Assembly (NCBI GenBank): GCA_041742135.1 | Contig: JBGSJG010000008.1 | Location: 96,518-160,517, forward strand | DNA from: Patescibacteria group bacterium | Lineage (GTDB): Bacteria; Patescibacteriota; Microgenomatia; UBA8517 | Length of the DNA stretch: 64,000 bases | Direction: 5' to 3' | Part shown: one piece after another, positions 29,067 through 39,247 of the stretch | Layout of the letters: each line of letters opens with the position of its first letter | How positions within the stretch are numbered: position 1 is the stretch's first letter | Made by a program: the position numbers and the translations under genes | Notes under the pieces: model-generated | Told to the model about the DNA's origin: nothing | Seen by the model: the letters and a program-made list of their open reading frames with translations, nothing else | Databases searched by the model: none

Positions 29067-29668
29067 TGTCACTTTTTAAAGATAAACACGGCAACCAGTT
29101 AACATACGGCCAAGCTCTAAAAAAAATCACCAATCGTTTTTATAATTACTGGCTAGATTTTGAGCTAATGTTATTGCGCTTTGTCGGCCACATTCCGCTT
29201 CACACAGTCAGAAATATTTTTTATAAATTTGCTGGTGTAAAAATAGGCTCAGGGTCAACGATTCATATGTGGGCAAGTTTTTTTGAGCCTCGAAATATTG
29301 TTATCGGTGAAGATACTATCATCGGCGATCATGCTTTTTTGGATGGCCGAGCACCGCTTGCGATTGGAAATCATACTGATATAGCCTCAAGCGTAATGAT
29401 TTATAATTCGGAGCATGATCTATCAAGCGATGAGTTTAGTGCGCGAGAGGAAGCAGTTGAAATTGGCGACTATGTGTTTATTGGTCCTCGCGCAATAATT
29501 CTTCCGGGAGTTAAAATCGGGCGTGGTGCCGTTGTTGCGGCAGCTGCAGTAGTTACGAAAAATGTGCCTGACTACGCAATCGTTGGTGGAGTTCCTGCTA
29601 GAGAAATTGGTGAGCGCAAAAATAAAAACTTAAACTATAAATTGGGTCGAGCTCGGCTGTTCCAGTAA
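29066..29668 (+). CDS. Hexapeptide-repeat (LbH) acyltransferase, WcaF-like
   Basis: 'IGEDTIIG', 'IGDYVFIG', 'LPGVKIGRGAVVAA', 'GGVPA'. Confidence 0.88.
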   Translation: MSLFKDKHGNQLTYGQALKKITNRFYNYWLDFELMLLRFVGHIPLHTVRNIFYKFAGVKIGSGSTIHMWASFFEPRNIVIGEDTIIGDHAFLDGRAPLAIGNHTDIASSVMIYNSEHDLSSDEFSAREEAVEIGDYVFIGPRAIILPGVKIGRGAVVAAAAVVTKNVPDYAIVGGVPAREIGERKNKNLNYKLGRARLFQ

Positions 29669-29670
29669 AA

Positions 29671-30207
29671 ATGAAACTTCTTGTCCGATCTGTTTTTGTC
29701 GCAATCACTTTATTATTAATCTTTTATGTGAGTAGGCCCTCTGCTGATTTTCCGCCTCCTCCGTCAGGAGCTAAGCAGTCAATGGAGCCAGCTGACACAG
29801 AGACACCACTTCGCCGAGCATATTTTACTGATTTTACCCGAGAAGAAATAATTGCTCATTACCAAAAAGAGTTTATTGGTTTTCCCACTCTTCGCCTAAA
29901 CTATCCTCCCGAGGATGCACAAACCATCATTCGTGATCAGACCAGAAGCTATTACTTGGAGGAGTTGGCTCATCCACTGCGTGAGTCTTTATACATCAAC
30001 GGTTTTGTCCCACAACACAAAAAGGACGCAATCCTGATTGACGGGGTCGAGTATTACCAGAAAATTACTATAAAGTATGTTCCAAGCTCAAGCGCTGCTA
30101 GGATAGTTTACGTCTTGGCATTTTCGGGGCTTACTTATTTTGTTTTTAATGAACTAACGAAACTTCTGACCTCGTTTGTAAAATTTATATTTTCATTTTT
30201 TAGATGA
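29671..30207 (+). CDS. Hypothetical membrane-anchored protein (N- and C-terminal TM)
   Basis: Tightly packed in the operon; soluble core 'RLNYPPE...RDQTRS..LEE..HPLRES'. Confidence 0.7.
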   Translation: MKLLVRSVFVAITLLLIFYVSRPSADFPPPPSGAKQSMEPADTETPLRRAYFTDFTREEIIAHYQKEFIGFPTLRLNYPPEDAQTIIRDQTRSYYLEELAHPLRESLYINGFVPQHKKDAILIDGVEYYQKITIKYVPSSSAARIVYVLAFSGLTYFVFNELTKLLTSFVKFIFSFFR

Positions 30208-31115
30208 TAAAACTGTCAATTGTAATAATTAATTATAAGACCCGTGAATTAACGGTTGATTGTGTTAGGTCGGTTATTAAAAACACGAAGCTTGATTTTG
30301 AAATACTCTTGGTGGATAACGCGTCAAGCGATGGCTCAGTGGAGCTGTTTCGCAAAGAATTTGGCAAGAAAAAAAACGTAACACTTATCGAAAGCCCTAA
30401 AAATGTTGGGTTTGCCAGCGGAAATAACGTTGGAATCAAAAAAGCACAAGGCGAATATGTTTTACTTTTAAACTCCGACACTGTGGTGCCAGCAGGTACG
30501 CTAGATGGTATGGTCGAGTGGGTAGTCGATAATCCTAAGGTAGGTGTTGCAACTTGCTCACTTAAAAATAAAGACGGCACACTTCAGGGGACTGGTGGCT
30601 ATTTCCCGACGCTTTTAAATGTTGCTTCGTGGATGACAATTGAAGATCTGCCGTTTGTTTCGGGGCTCATTAAGCCCTTTCACCCCATGCGAAAAATGAT
30701 GGATAAAAACGAGGAATTTTACACGGAGCCTCGGGAACTTGATTGGGTGACCGGCGCATTCATGCTTATTCGCAAAAGCGTTATAGACGAAATCGGATTA
30801 ATGGACGAAGATTATTTTATGTACACCGAAGATACGGATTTTTGTTATCGGGCAAAAAAAGCTGGCTGGAAGATCTTTTTTAACCCCAAGTGGAGTATTA
30901 CTCATTTCGGGGGAGCAAGCTCCACAAGCGAATTTGCAATTTTATCGGAATATAAAGGCATTAAGAATTTTTTTAAAAAGCATTACCCGAAATGGCAGTA
31001 TTTACCACTTCGTGCGTTTCTCAAAACTGGAGCGTTATTGAGGGCACCTGTTTTTGGATTACTTGAAGGAAAGGAGGCATTTGCAACTTATGCAAAAGCA
31101 TTTAATCAAGCTTAG
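30204..31115 (+). CDS. GT2 glycosyltransferase (WbbL-like)
   Basis: 'SIVIINY', 'LLLNSDT', 'DWVTGAF', 'YFMYTEDTD'. Confidence 0.9.
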   Translation: MIKLSIVIINYKTRELTVDCVRSVIKNTKLDFEILLVDNASSDGSVELFRKEFGKKKNVTLIESPKNVGFASGNNVGIKKAQGEYVLLLNSDTVVPAGTLDGMVEWVVDNPKVGVATCSLKNKDGTLQGTGGYFPTLLNVASWMTIEDLPFVSGLIKPFHPMRKMMDKNEEFYTEPRELDWVTGAFMLIRKSVIDEIGLMDEDYFMYTEDTDFCYRAKKAGWKIFFNPKWSITHFGGASSTSEFAILSEYKGIKNFFKKHYPKWQYLPLRAFLKTGALLRAPVFGLLEGKEAFATYAKAFNQA

Positions 31116-32415
31116 TCAGTTTGCAAGGGCGGCGCTTAAATACGCAGTTTCAGCTTTAATTTTAGCAATTCCGCTGTATCCTAAGTTTCCCTTTTTGCGG
31201 CTTCCGGGAGTTGCGGTATCAATTCGCCTTGAGGATTTCGTAATTGGGATTGTCCTTATAATCTTTTTATTTGCCATCGGGCCAAAAATTTCTAGAGTCT
31301 TGAGGCTCAAGGTAACCAAGCTTACCGCCTTGTTTGTCTTGGCAGGGTTATTCTCAGTAATTGCAGGAATAGTGATTACCGATACTGTCGTTGCCCATGT
31401 AGGGCTACTTCATTGGGCAAGGCGAGTTGAATATTTGTCTATGTTTTTTGTGGGGCTTTATTCTCTCTCCAAGAAAGAAAATCTTCATTTTTATGTTCGT
31501 GTGATTTTTATAATAATTCCTTTGGTATTTTTATACGGGCTTGGACAGCGCTATTTTAATATTCCCATAATAACGACACAAAATGCGGAGTATGCGCGTG
31601 GAGTTGCGCTTCGCTGGATTGCCGGAAGCCATCTTATTTCAACTTTTGCGGGGCACTATGACTTGGCCTCGTTCTTAATTTTAGTTTTTCCGACGTTTTA
31701 TTTGCTTCTAACTGCTAAAGGCGAAACGCTCAAAAAACTGATGCCACAAACTAACAAGTTTCTAACTAGAGCGATCATTATGACAGTAGTGGCTATGAGC
31801 CTGTGGCTTATGATGCAAACAGCTTCAAGAATCTCAATCGTTTCTTACTTGGGGACGTCGTGCTTGGCCTTGTTACTTACCAATCGCAAAAAGTTTATTC
31901 CTTTTGTGATTGTTGTAAGTTTTGTATTTGCCGCTTTTTCTAGCAACCTAGTAGATCGCTATATGAATATAATTAATGTCTACGCTCAAGAGGAAGTAGC
32001 GGCTCCGCCTCCGCCAGTTGTCGAAGACAGATCAACTTCAATTAGGCTAAATGTCGAATGGCCACGGGCAATTCGTGCCGTAACTAAAAATCCGATTTCT
32101 GGACTGGGTTATTCATCTATCACGCTCGCGACCGATAATGACTATCTAAGAATGCTCGGGGAAATTGGAATAGTGGGCTTTGTTTCATTCTTCGTTTTAT
32201 TTGGACACATCGTTTTAAGGCTAATAAAAAACTTTCCAGCAGCTTCGACTAATAAAGTCGAAGACTTGTTTTTGGTGGGCATCCTGTGTTCAATTCCTGG
32301 CATTTTGTTAAATATGGTATTTATTGATATCCTTGAAGCCTCTAAATTCGCAATTATGATGTGGCTTATGCTTGGTATGGCTTATGGGTTAACCTTAAAA
32401 AATGAAAAAAATTAG
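31090..32415 (+). CDS. O-antigen ligase/polymerase-like (Wzy_C) membrane protein
   Basis: 'STF', 'TASR', 'SIR...W..AI....NP..GLG', 'DNDYLR.LGE.G'. Confidence 0.75.
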   Translation: MQKHLIKLSQFARAALKYAVSALILAIPLYPKFPFLRLPGVAVSIRLEDFVIGIVLIIFLFAIGPKISRVLRLKVTKLTALFVLAGLFSVIAGIVITDTVVAHVGLLHWARRVEYLSMFFVGLYSLSKKENLHFYVRVIFIIIPLVFLYGLGQRYFNIPIITTQNAEYARGVALRWIAGSHLISTFAGHYDLASFLILVFPTFYLLLTAKGETLKKLMPQTNKFLTRAIIMTVVAMSLWLMMQTASRISIVSYLGTSCLALLLTNRKKFIPFVIVVSFVFAAFSSNLVDRYMNIINVYAQEEVAAPPPPVVEDRSTSIRLNVEWPRAIRAVTKNPISGLGYSSITLATDNDYLRMLGEIGIVGFVSFFVLFGHIVLRLIKNFPAASTNKVEDLFLVGILCSIPGILLNMVFIDILEASKFAIMMWLMLGMAYGLTLKNEKN

Positions 32416-33865
32416 TAAATTACTGAATTCTAAAATTCTCTTTGGTCTAGTTTTTGCGATTGTTTTTGTTGGAGGATTTATAGTTCGTTTATACAAAATA
32501 AATGGTCCCTTGGCAGATTGGCACGCGTGGAGGCAAGTCGATACCGCTTCTGTTTCAAAAACATTTTTAGATGAGGGCTTTGATTTACTTCGCCCTCGAT
32601 ATCACGATGTTTCAAAAATCCAAACTGGTTACTTTAACCCAGAGGGGTATAGATTTGTTGAATTTCCAATTTACAATCTTTTTCACGCAGGTTTTTACAA
32701 AATTCTACCTATAGTTTCATTTGAGGTATGGGGAAGATTGGTTTCAATTTTCTCGGCTCTTTTGACCGCGTTTTTCATTTACGGAACAGCAAGAAGAGTA
32801 TTTAATAAGTCGGTCGGCCTTGTGTCGGCATTTTATTATCTTTTTCTTCCTTACAACATTTACTTTACTCGAGTTATCTTGCCCGATCCAATGTCTGTAA
32901 TGCTCTCGATGGCATCTGTGTATACGTTTACCGTTTACACCAGCTCCAAAAAAAATACTAGCTTGTTTTTGTCGGCTGGATTTATGGCGTTGGCACTTCT
33001 GGTCAAGCCGCATGCAATCTTTTTCGCGATTCCAATTGTTTTTCTAGCGATAACTCGGTTTAAGCTCGCAGAAATATTTAAAAATAAATGGCATTATGTG
33101 GCTCTGAATTTGGCTTTAATACCTTTTCTGTTGTGGCGTATATGGGAGTTTCAAGGTGGATTTTTACGAGGAATTCCATTTTGGGAGTGGGCTTTCAATG
33201 GCAACGGGATCAGGTTCCGCCCTTCCTTTTTCAAATGGATTTTTGCTGAAAGAATAGGAAAAATAATTTTAGGCTCGTGGGGAGCTTTTCCTTTTGTTTA
33301 TGGCGTTGTCGCGTCCAAGAAGTTTTTCACGCTCGTTCATGCCTTTCTTCTTTCCATCTTCCTTTATCTTTCCATCTTTGCCTCGGCCAATGTAATGCAC
33401 GATTATTATCAAATTTTTATTGTTCCTGCAATCGCCCTTACTTTAGGTTACGGAGCATACTCGATTTGGACAAACACGTCTTTTAACCCATGGCTTTCAA
33501 AAGTTGCGGTTGTCGCCGTCACACTTGGGATGTTTTTCGTAAGCTTTTATGAAGTTCGCGATCATTTTCGCGTTAACGACACGGGCATCGTCGACGCTGG
33601 CCGTATAGCTGACGAAGTGCTTCCTAAAGACGCGCTGGTAATCGCTCCATACAATGGAGATACGACATTTTTGTATCAGACAAAAAGATGGGGTTGGCCA
33701 ATTGTGACTGAGTCTATTGAGGAGCTGATCGAAAAAGGTGCAGATTATTTTATTTCAGTCAATTTTTCAGATCCCGATGTCGCGGCTTTTAAGAGCAAGT
33801 TCGAAGTACTAATCGAAACAGACCGTTATATAATTATCGACCTAGGCAAGCCAAAAGAAGTATGA
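32402..33865 (+). CDS. GT39/ArnT-like GT-C glycosyltransferase
   Basis: 'WHAWRQVDT', 'EFPIY', 'LLVKP', 'HDYYQ'. Confidence 0.8.
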   Translation: MKKISKLLNSKILFGLVFAIVFVGGFIVRLYKINGPLADWHAWRQVDTASVSKTFLDEGFDLLRPRYHDVSKIQTGYFNPEGYRFVEFPIYNLFHAGFYKILPIVSFEVWGRLVSIFSALLTAFFIYGTARRVFNKSVGLVSAFYYLFLPYNIYFTRVILPDPMSVMLSMASVYTFTVYTSSKKNTSLFLSAGFMALALLVKPHAIFFAIPIVFLAITRFKLAEIFKNKWHYVALNLALIPFLLWRIWEFQGGFLRGIPFWEWAFNGNGIRFRPSFFKWIFAERIGKIILGSWGAFPFVYGVVASKKFFTLVHAFLLSIFLYLSIFASANVMHDYYQIFIVPAIALTLGYGAYSIWTNTSFNPWLSKVAVVAVTLGMFFVSFYEVRDHFRVNDTGIVDAGRIADEVLPKDALVIAPYNGDTTFLYQTKRWGWPIVTESIEELIEKGADYFISVNFSDPDVAAFKSKFEVLIETDRYIIIDLGKPKEV

Positions 33866-35055
33866 AAATTTTGATGATTGTGCCTTTTTTGCCAAACACC
33901 CAGATGTCTGGTGGGCAAACTCGTTGGTACAATATCATCAAATATTTAAGCCATAATCACGAAATAACTTTATACTCGCTTATTAAAGAGGACTCAGAAA
34001 AGCGCTTTATCCCGGAGCTTCAGAAATACTGTAAAAAAGTAAAAGTTTTCAGGCGTCCCAAGTCCCCATGGACGATCAGGAATATTGTTTTAACAATGTT
34101 TAGTCTTTATCCTCTACTCGTAATTCGAAATTGGTCTCCTAAAGAAAAAAGAGCCTTAAAGCGCGAGCTTGAAAAAAATAAGTACGATTTGATTCATGCG
34201 GAGACATTTTATGTTATGCCTCATATTCCAGACACAAATGTTCCTTCGATGTTGGTTGAGCAAACGATCGAGTATCAAGTTTACAAGCACTATGTTGACA
34301 ACGAAGTCCCGTTCTTTTTGCGCCCACTGTTCATGATTGATGTTTTAAAGCTTAAGTATTGGGAGCAGTATTTTTGGAAAAAAACAGACCAGCTCGTGGC
34401 AGTGTCTGACGAGGATCGCAAGGTGATGCGCGAGTTAATTCCTGGAATTAAAGTCGACATTATTCCCAATGGAGTAGACGCTCCACACTTTGTTAACTAC
34501 AAAGTAACCAAAAAAGAGCCTCCACGTGTCTTGTATGGTGCAGCAAACTTTAAGTGGCTTCAAAATGTAGAGGCAGTAGATTTTTTGGTTGATAAAATAT
34601 GGCCGACAATCGAGAAGAACTCAAACGCATTCCTTTGGATTGTAGGCACAAGTATTCCCAAAAAAATCCTTGATATGGCTCAAAAAAATAAGCGTATCGA
34701 AGTCACGGAATCGATTGTTGATGTGCGCGATGCCCTAAAAAGCGCAACCGTAATGATGGTACCTGTTAAAGGGCCAGGAGGAACACGGCTTAAGATGCTC
34801 GAGGCATTGGCAGCTGGCCTTCCTGTCGTCTCGACTACAGTGGGCGCAGCGGGGCTAGATTTGATAAATGAAAAGCACGCAATGATTAGCGATTCGCCAG
34901 AACAGATGGCCAAATACACACTCAAGCTTTTAAGGGATGCCTCACTCGCTAAAAAGATTGGTGCTAACGGTCAAGAATATGTTGAGAAATATTTTGATTG
35001 GGGAGTCTTGGGAAAGCTTCACGACAAGATTTATAAAAAAATAATTAAAAGATGA
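33862..35055 (+). CDS. GT4 glycosyltransferase
   Basis: 'SGGQTR', 'IPNGVD', 'GGTRLKMLEALAAGLPVVST'. Confidence 0.88.
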   Translation: MKILMIVPFLPNTQMSGGQTRWYNIIKYLSHNHEITLYSLIKEDSEKRFIPELQKYCKKVKVFRRPKSPWTIRNIVLTMFSLYPLLVIRNWSPKEKRALKRELEKNKYDLIHAETFYVMPHIPDTNVPSMLVEQTIEYQVYKHYVDNEVPFFLRPLFMIDVLKLKYWEQYFWKKTDQLVAVSDEDRKVMRELIPGIKVDIIPNGVDAPHFVNYKVTKKEPPRVLYGAANFKWLQNVEAVDFLVDKIWPTIEKNSNAFLWIVGTSIPKKILDMAQKNKRIEVTESIVDVRDALKSATVMMVPVKGPGGTRLKMLEALAAGLPVVSTTVGAAGLDLINEKHAMISDSPEQMAKYTLKLLRDASLAKKIGANGQEYVEKYFDWGVLGKLHDKIYKKIIKR

Positions 35056-35921
35056 AAAACCCCATTCTTTCTATAGTCATCGTTAGCTACAACACAAAAG
35101 ATATCTTGGCTGATTGTTTGGAATCACTTAAAAAAGTTCAAAACGAGCTATCTTTTGAGACGATCGTTTCCGACAATGGCTCATCAGATGGCACGCCAGA
35201 GATGATTAAAACTCGATTTAATTGGGTGAAGTTATTGGATAATGCTAAAAATTTGGGATTTTCCAAAGGGAACAATAAAGCTAAAGGCATTGCCAAGGGT
35301 GAGTACGTACTGTTTTTAAACTCCGACACTTTAGTTCATAAAACCACGTTATTAAAATCAGTGGAGTACTTAGATAGCCACAAAGACGTGGCATCTATGA
35401 CTTGTAAAATTGTTTTACCCAGTGGCAAATTAGACCCAGACACAAGGCGTGCTTTTCCGCGCCCAGAAGTAGCACTCTTTCATTTTTCGGGATTAGACAG
35501 ATTGTTTCCAAAATCAAAAATATTTTCCAAGTATTGGTATGGATATTTAAATGAAGACGAAGAGCACGAAGTGGATGTTGTGCAGGGTGCTTTTCATCTT
35601 ACCCACAGATCAATTCTCGACCAAGTTGGCTGGTTTGACGAAGACTATTTTTTGGACGGGGAGGATATTGACCTTTGCTGGAAAATCAAAAAGCTTGGTC
35701 ATAGAATAGTTTATTACCCTAAAGTTTCTATAACTCATATCAAGAAGGCCTCCAAGAAAAAGCAAAAAAGTAGCTTCGCAATCACGTCCGGTGTTCGTGC
35801 AATGGAAATCTTTTACAGAAAACGACTTTGGAGCGAATACCCGCTATTTGTTAATTATTTGGTGATTATTGCAATAAAACTATTACTGTACATAAGGCTT
35901 TTAAAGCACGCCATCAAATGA
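35052..35921 (+). CDS. GT2 glycosyltransferase (WbbL-like)
   Basis: 'SIVIVSYN', 'DNGSSDG', 'LFLNSDT', 'FDEDYFLDGEDID'. Confidence 0.9.
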   Translation: MKNPILSIVIVSYNTKDILADCLESLKKVQNELSFETIVSDNGSSDGTPEMIKTRFNWVKLLDNAKNLGFSKGNNKAKGIAKGEYVLFLNSDTLVHKTTLLKSVEYLDSHKDVASMTCKIVLPSGKLDPDTRRAFPRPEVALFHFSGLDRLFPKSKIFSKYWYGYLNEDEEHEVDVVQGAFHLTHRSILDQVGWFDEDYFLDGEDIDLCWKIKKLGHRIVYYPKVSITHIKKASKKKQKSSFAITSGVRAMEIFYRKRLWSEYPLFVNYLVIIAIKLLLYIRLLKHAIK

Positions 35922-37045
35922 AAATTGTAATAGATGCCAGAATGTATGGTACTGAAAATAGTGGCATTGGGCGTTATATTTTAAATTTAGTAAGCGAGCT
36001 GGTAAATATGGATCACGACAATAATTACGCGATTTTACTTCGGAAAAAATACTACAATCAGCTCAAATTCCCTGAGAATTGGCAAAAAGTTGAAGCTGAC
36101 TTTCGGCATTATAGTTTTTCAGAGCAGTTTGTTTTGCCCAAGATATTAAAAAAGTTATCACCTGATTTGGTTCATTTTCCTCATTTTAATGTGCCTGTAT
36201 TTTTTAAAGGTAAATTTGTAGTGACTATTCACGACTTGTCGATGCACAAGCGAACCGGCATGTCTGCCACAACTCTGCCTCCTTTGATGTACCTAGTTAA
36301 ACGTGCGGGCTATCGAAGTGTTTTTGGCAATGCTGTCGCAAAGGCCACGAAGATCATCACTCCAAGTAAATATGTTTCTATGGAGCTTATACGAAAATAC
36401 CCGAAAGTTGGCGCAAAAGTGCAGCACGTTTATGAAGGCGTGGATAATAAAACATTTGAGAATTCGGGCACGACCGGGATGCTTAAAGATCTAGGAATCG
36501 AAAAACCTTATTTTTTGTATGTGGGCAACAGTTATCCTCACAAAAACGTGTCACGGTCAATTGACGCATTAGTGGCTTTAAATAATCGAGCGGTTAAAGC
36601 GAATCTTGTTGTTGTGACGCCAAAAAGTATTTTTATGGACAGGCTAAATCAAGAAGTTAGCCAAAAAAATGCATCAAAATTCGTCCATATTCTGGGCTAC
36701 CAAAGCGATCAGGTTTTGGAGTATCTTTACAAACAGGCAACAGCGTTTGTGTATCCATCTAAAGAGGAAGGTTTTGGTCTACCAGGACTTGAAGCTATGG
36801 CAAATAAGACTTTAGTGCTGGCTTCTGATATTCCGGTTTTCAAAGAAGTTTATAAAAATAATGTAATTTATTTTAATCCCCACGATTTTTCGTCGATAGC
36901 CGATGCTATGAATACTGTACTTACAATGCCACGCTTGGAAAAAGCTAAAATCACCGATCAGGCATTTGAATTTTCCAAAAGGTACACTTGGGAGAAGGCG
37001 GCGGAGGCAACACTCGGCATATATGAAAGTTGCATTAGTTTATGA
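35918..37045 (+). CDS. GT4 glycosyltransferase (MtfB-like)
   Basis: 'SGIGRY', 'TIHDL', 'YPHKN', 'EGFGLPGLEAM'. Confidence 0.9.
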   Translation: MKIVIDARMYGTENSGIGRYILNLVSELVNMDHDNNYAILLRKKYYNQLKFPENWQKVEADFRHYSFSEQFVLPKILKKLSPDLVHFPHFNVPVFFKGKFVVTIHDLSMHKRTGMSATTLPPLMYLVKRAGYRSVFGNAVAKATKIITPSKYVSMELIRKYPKVGAKVQHVYEGVDNKTFENSGTTGMLKDLGIEKPYFLYVGNSYPHKNVSRSIDALVALNNRAVKANLVVVTPKSIFMDRLNQEVSQKNASKFVHILGYQSDQVLEYLYKQATAFVYPSKEEGFGLPGLEAMANKTLVLASDIPVFKEVYKNNVIYFNPHDFSSIADAMNTVLTMPRLEKAKITDQAFEFSKRYTWEKAAEATLGIYESCISL

Positions 37046-38126
37046 CCGCGTAAATAAGTGGGGTGGAGCTGAGCGAGTCCTTTTGGCCTTGCATAAGATG
37101 TTCCCTATGGCCCCGCTTTATACATCGGTTTATAGCCGTCACGATGCCAAATGGGCGAGCGAGTTTTCAGAGGTCATAACCAGCTTTTTGCAAAAAGTCC
37201 CCCTCGCGAAAAATCACCACGAGTGGTTTGCGCCACTTATGCCGCTTGCTTTTGAAAGCTTTGATTTTTCTGAGTTTGACCTAGTAATTTCCGTCACGAG
37301 TGAATTCGCAAAAAGCATTATAGTCCCACCCGGGACTCGTCATGTTTGCTATTGCCTAACCCCCACAAGATATCTGTGGAGCGGGTACGAAGAGTACTTC
37401 AAAAACAAATTTCTAAAATACACATCATGGCCGATTGTGTATTGGCTTAGAAAGTTTGATAAAGCTGCGGCCCAACGACCAGATGTTGTGATTGCAATTT
37501 CAAGTCAAGTGCAAAACAGAATCAAGAAGTATTACGATCTGGATTCGCAAGTCATTTTCCCACCGACAAACACACTCCCGTCGCATCGCAAAAACTCGCT
37601 CCTTCGAGGGCCTTCGGCAGCCAGTCGCTCGTTTTCGCTAGACGCTAACTATTTTTTAATAGTAAGTAGACTGGTGCCATACAAAAAAGTAGATTTGGCA
37701 ATCCGAGTCTTTAACAAACTTGGGCTTCCGCTTGTTGTCGTAGGAACTGGATCAGAAGAAGCCAAGCTTAAAGCCATGGCAAAAAGCAATATATATTTTG
37801 CGAGGAATGTAACTGATGATGAGCTTGCGACGTATTACAAAAACTGCAAAGCCCTAGTGTTTCCTCAGGAAGAAGACTTCGGTCTAGTGGCAATTGAGGC
37901 TATGAGTTTTGGAAAACCTGTTATAGCATATAAAAAAGGAGGGGCTTTGGATTTTATCGAAGAGGGGGAAAACGGCATATTTTTTGATGAGCAAACTGAA
38001 GACAGTTTGTCCCACGCTGTAAAAAAGCTTTTCACAATGAAATGGAGTGATGATATAATAGTTTCCACAAGCTCTGAGTTTTCAGAAAAGAGGTTTAAAG
38101 AAGAGTTTGTTAAAATAATTTATTAA
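37023..38126 (+). CDS. GT4 glycosyltransferase (WbaZ-like)
   Basis: 'GGAERVL', 'CYCLTPTRYLW', 'SRLVPYKK', 'EEDFGLVAIEAM'; start at ATG 37023. Confidence 0.9.
   Translation: MKVALVYDRVNKWGGAERVLLALHKMFPMAPLYTSVYSRHDAKWASEFSEVITSFLQKVPLAKNHHEWFAPLMPLAFESFDFSEFDLVISVTSEFAKSIIVPPGTRHVCYCLTPTRYLWSGYEEYFKNKFLKYTSWPIVYWLRKFDKAAAQRPDVVIAISSQVQNRIKKYYDLDSQVIFPPTNTLPSHRKNSLLRGPSAASRSFSLDANYFLIVSRLVPYKKVDLAIRVFNKLGLPLVVVGTGSEEAKLKAMAKSNIYFARNVTDDELATYYKNCKALVFPQEEDFGLVAIEAMSFGKPVIAYKKGGALDFIEEGENGIFFDEQTEDSLSHAVKKLFTMKWSDDIIVSTSSEFSEKRFKEEFVKIIY
37579..37644. repeat. In-frame imperfect palindromic element within the GT4 gene
   Basis: CGTC..GACG and TCGCAAAAAC..GTTTTCGCTA arms enclose CCT-TCG-AGG and GCC-TTC-GGC mini-hairpins; GC-rich compared with flanks. 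Confidence 0.5.
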
Positions 38127-38127
38127 G

Positions 38128-39222
38128 ATGAAAATTGTAATTTTTTGCGGAGGGTATGGTACGCGGATGTGGCCAGCGAGCCGGAAGACTTTTCCAAAGC
38201 AGTTTTATCCGGTAGTTCACGGCAAGTCGTTCTTTCAAACTACTGTAAATCGTTTTAAAAAGGGCTTTAAGCCCGAGGACATTTTAGTTTCCACTGAAGA
38301 GCCATATGTTAAATATGTTCTTGAACAAGCTCCAGAAATACCTAGAGAAAATATTATTTTAGAACCTGAGAGGCGAGACCTTCTTGGGGCAGTAGGACTA
38401 ATTAGTGCAATTGTTGAAAAAAGGTTTCCAGGCGAGGTTATGTTTTTTTCATGGGCCGACCACTTCATATCAGATGAAGACAAATTCATCAAAGCTGTAA
38501 AAGCAGCTGCGGAATACACTAAAAATACAGGTGTGCCAGTTTCAGTTAACGAAAAGCCTACCTTTCCATCTGTGCACAATGGCTGGCTAGAGCAAGGCGA
38601 GCGGGTGAATAGGCAAGATGGTTTCTCGCTGTATCAGATTGTGCGATTTATTGAAAAACCTGATTTCAAGACGGCAAAAAAGTTCTTACGTGATAACGGT
38701 AAATACTATATCCACACCGGGTACGGCGCGTGGCGCTCTGATGAGATGCTCGGTTATTACAAAGAACATAGGCCGAACGAATATCGCGGGTTGGTCAAAA
38801 TCATGGAGGCGTACGGGACTTCAAGTTACGACTCAGTTTTAAAAACTGAATATCATAAGTTTGAGAAAATTTCTATTGAATATGGATTGTTTGAGCACTT
38901 GCCCGCAGATCTTAGGCTAAACATTCCAATCTCGGTAGGTTGGGAGGACGCTGGAACCTGGCAGCTTTTTTATAGTGCAATGTTAGAAAAGGGTGAGGAC
39001 ACAGTGATTGAAGGGAAGTCTGATATTGTCCAAATTGAATCGATCAAAAATCTTATTGTTGGTGAAGCCAGCAGAAACAAAGTGATCGCCATCGTTGGGC
39101 TCAAAAACATAGCAGTCATTGACACGGACGATGCACTTTTAATATGCGATATGGACAGCACTCAAAAAGTTAAAGAAGTATTTAAAGAACTGGAAGAAAA
39201 GGATCCTAGATATGTTAAATAG
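38128..39222 (+). CDS. manC: Mannose-1-phosphate guanylyltransferase
   Basis: 'GGYGTRMWPASR..PKQF', 'EPERR', 'ADH', 'FIEKP', 'GWEDAGTW', 'DALLI'. Confidence 0.85.
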   Translation: MKIVIFCGGYGTRMWPASRKTFPKQFYPVVHGKSFFQTTVNRFKKGFKPEDILVSTEEPYVKYVLEQAPEIPRENIILEPERRDLLGAVGLISAIVEKRFPGEVMFFSWADHFISDEDKFIKAVKAAAEYTKNTGVPVSVNEKPTFPSVHNGWLEQGERVNRQDGFSLYQIVRFIEKPDFKTAKKFLRDNGKYYIHTGYGAWRSDEMLGYYKEHRPNEYRGLVKIMEAYGTSSYDSVLKTEYHKFEKISIEYGLFEHLPADLRLNIPISVGWEDAGTWQLFYSAMLEKGEDTVIEGKSDIVQIESIKNLIVGEASRNKVIAIVGLKNIAVIDTDDALLICDMDSTQKVKEVFKELEEKDPRYVK

Positions 39223-39247
39223 GACCGCATAGCTCGACTTGCCCAAT

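Noticed and set aside
1440-32960. Poly-A/T runs of 7-9 nt as phase-variation tracts in glycan genes
   Set aside because: Expected in AT- and Lys/Phe-rich genes; all the frames are intact and there are no long G/C tracts
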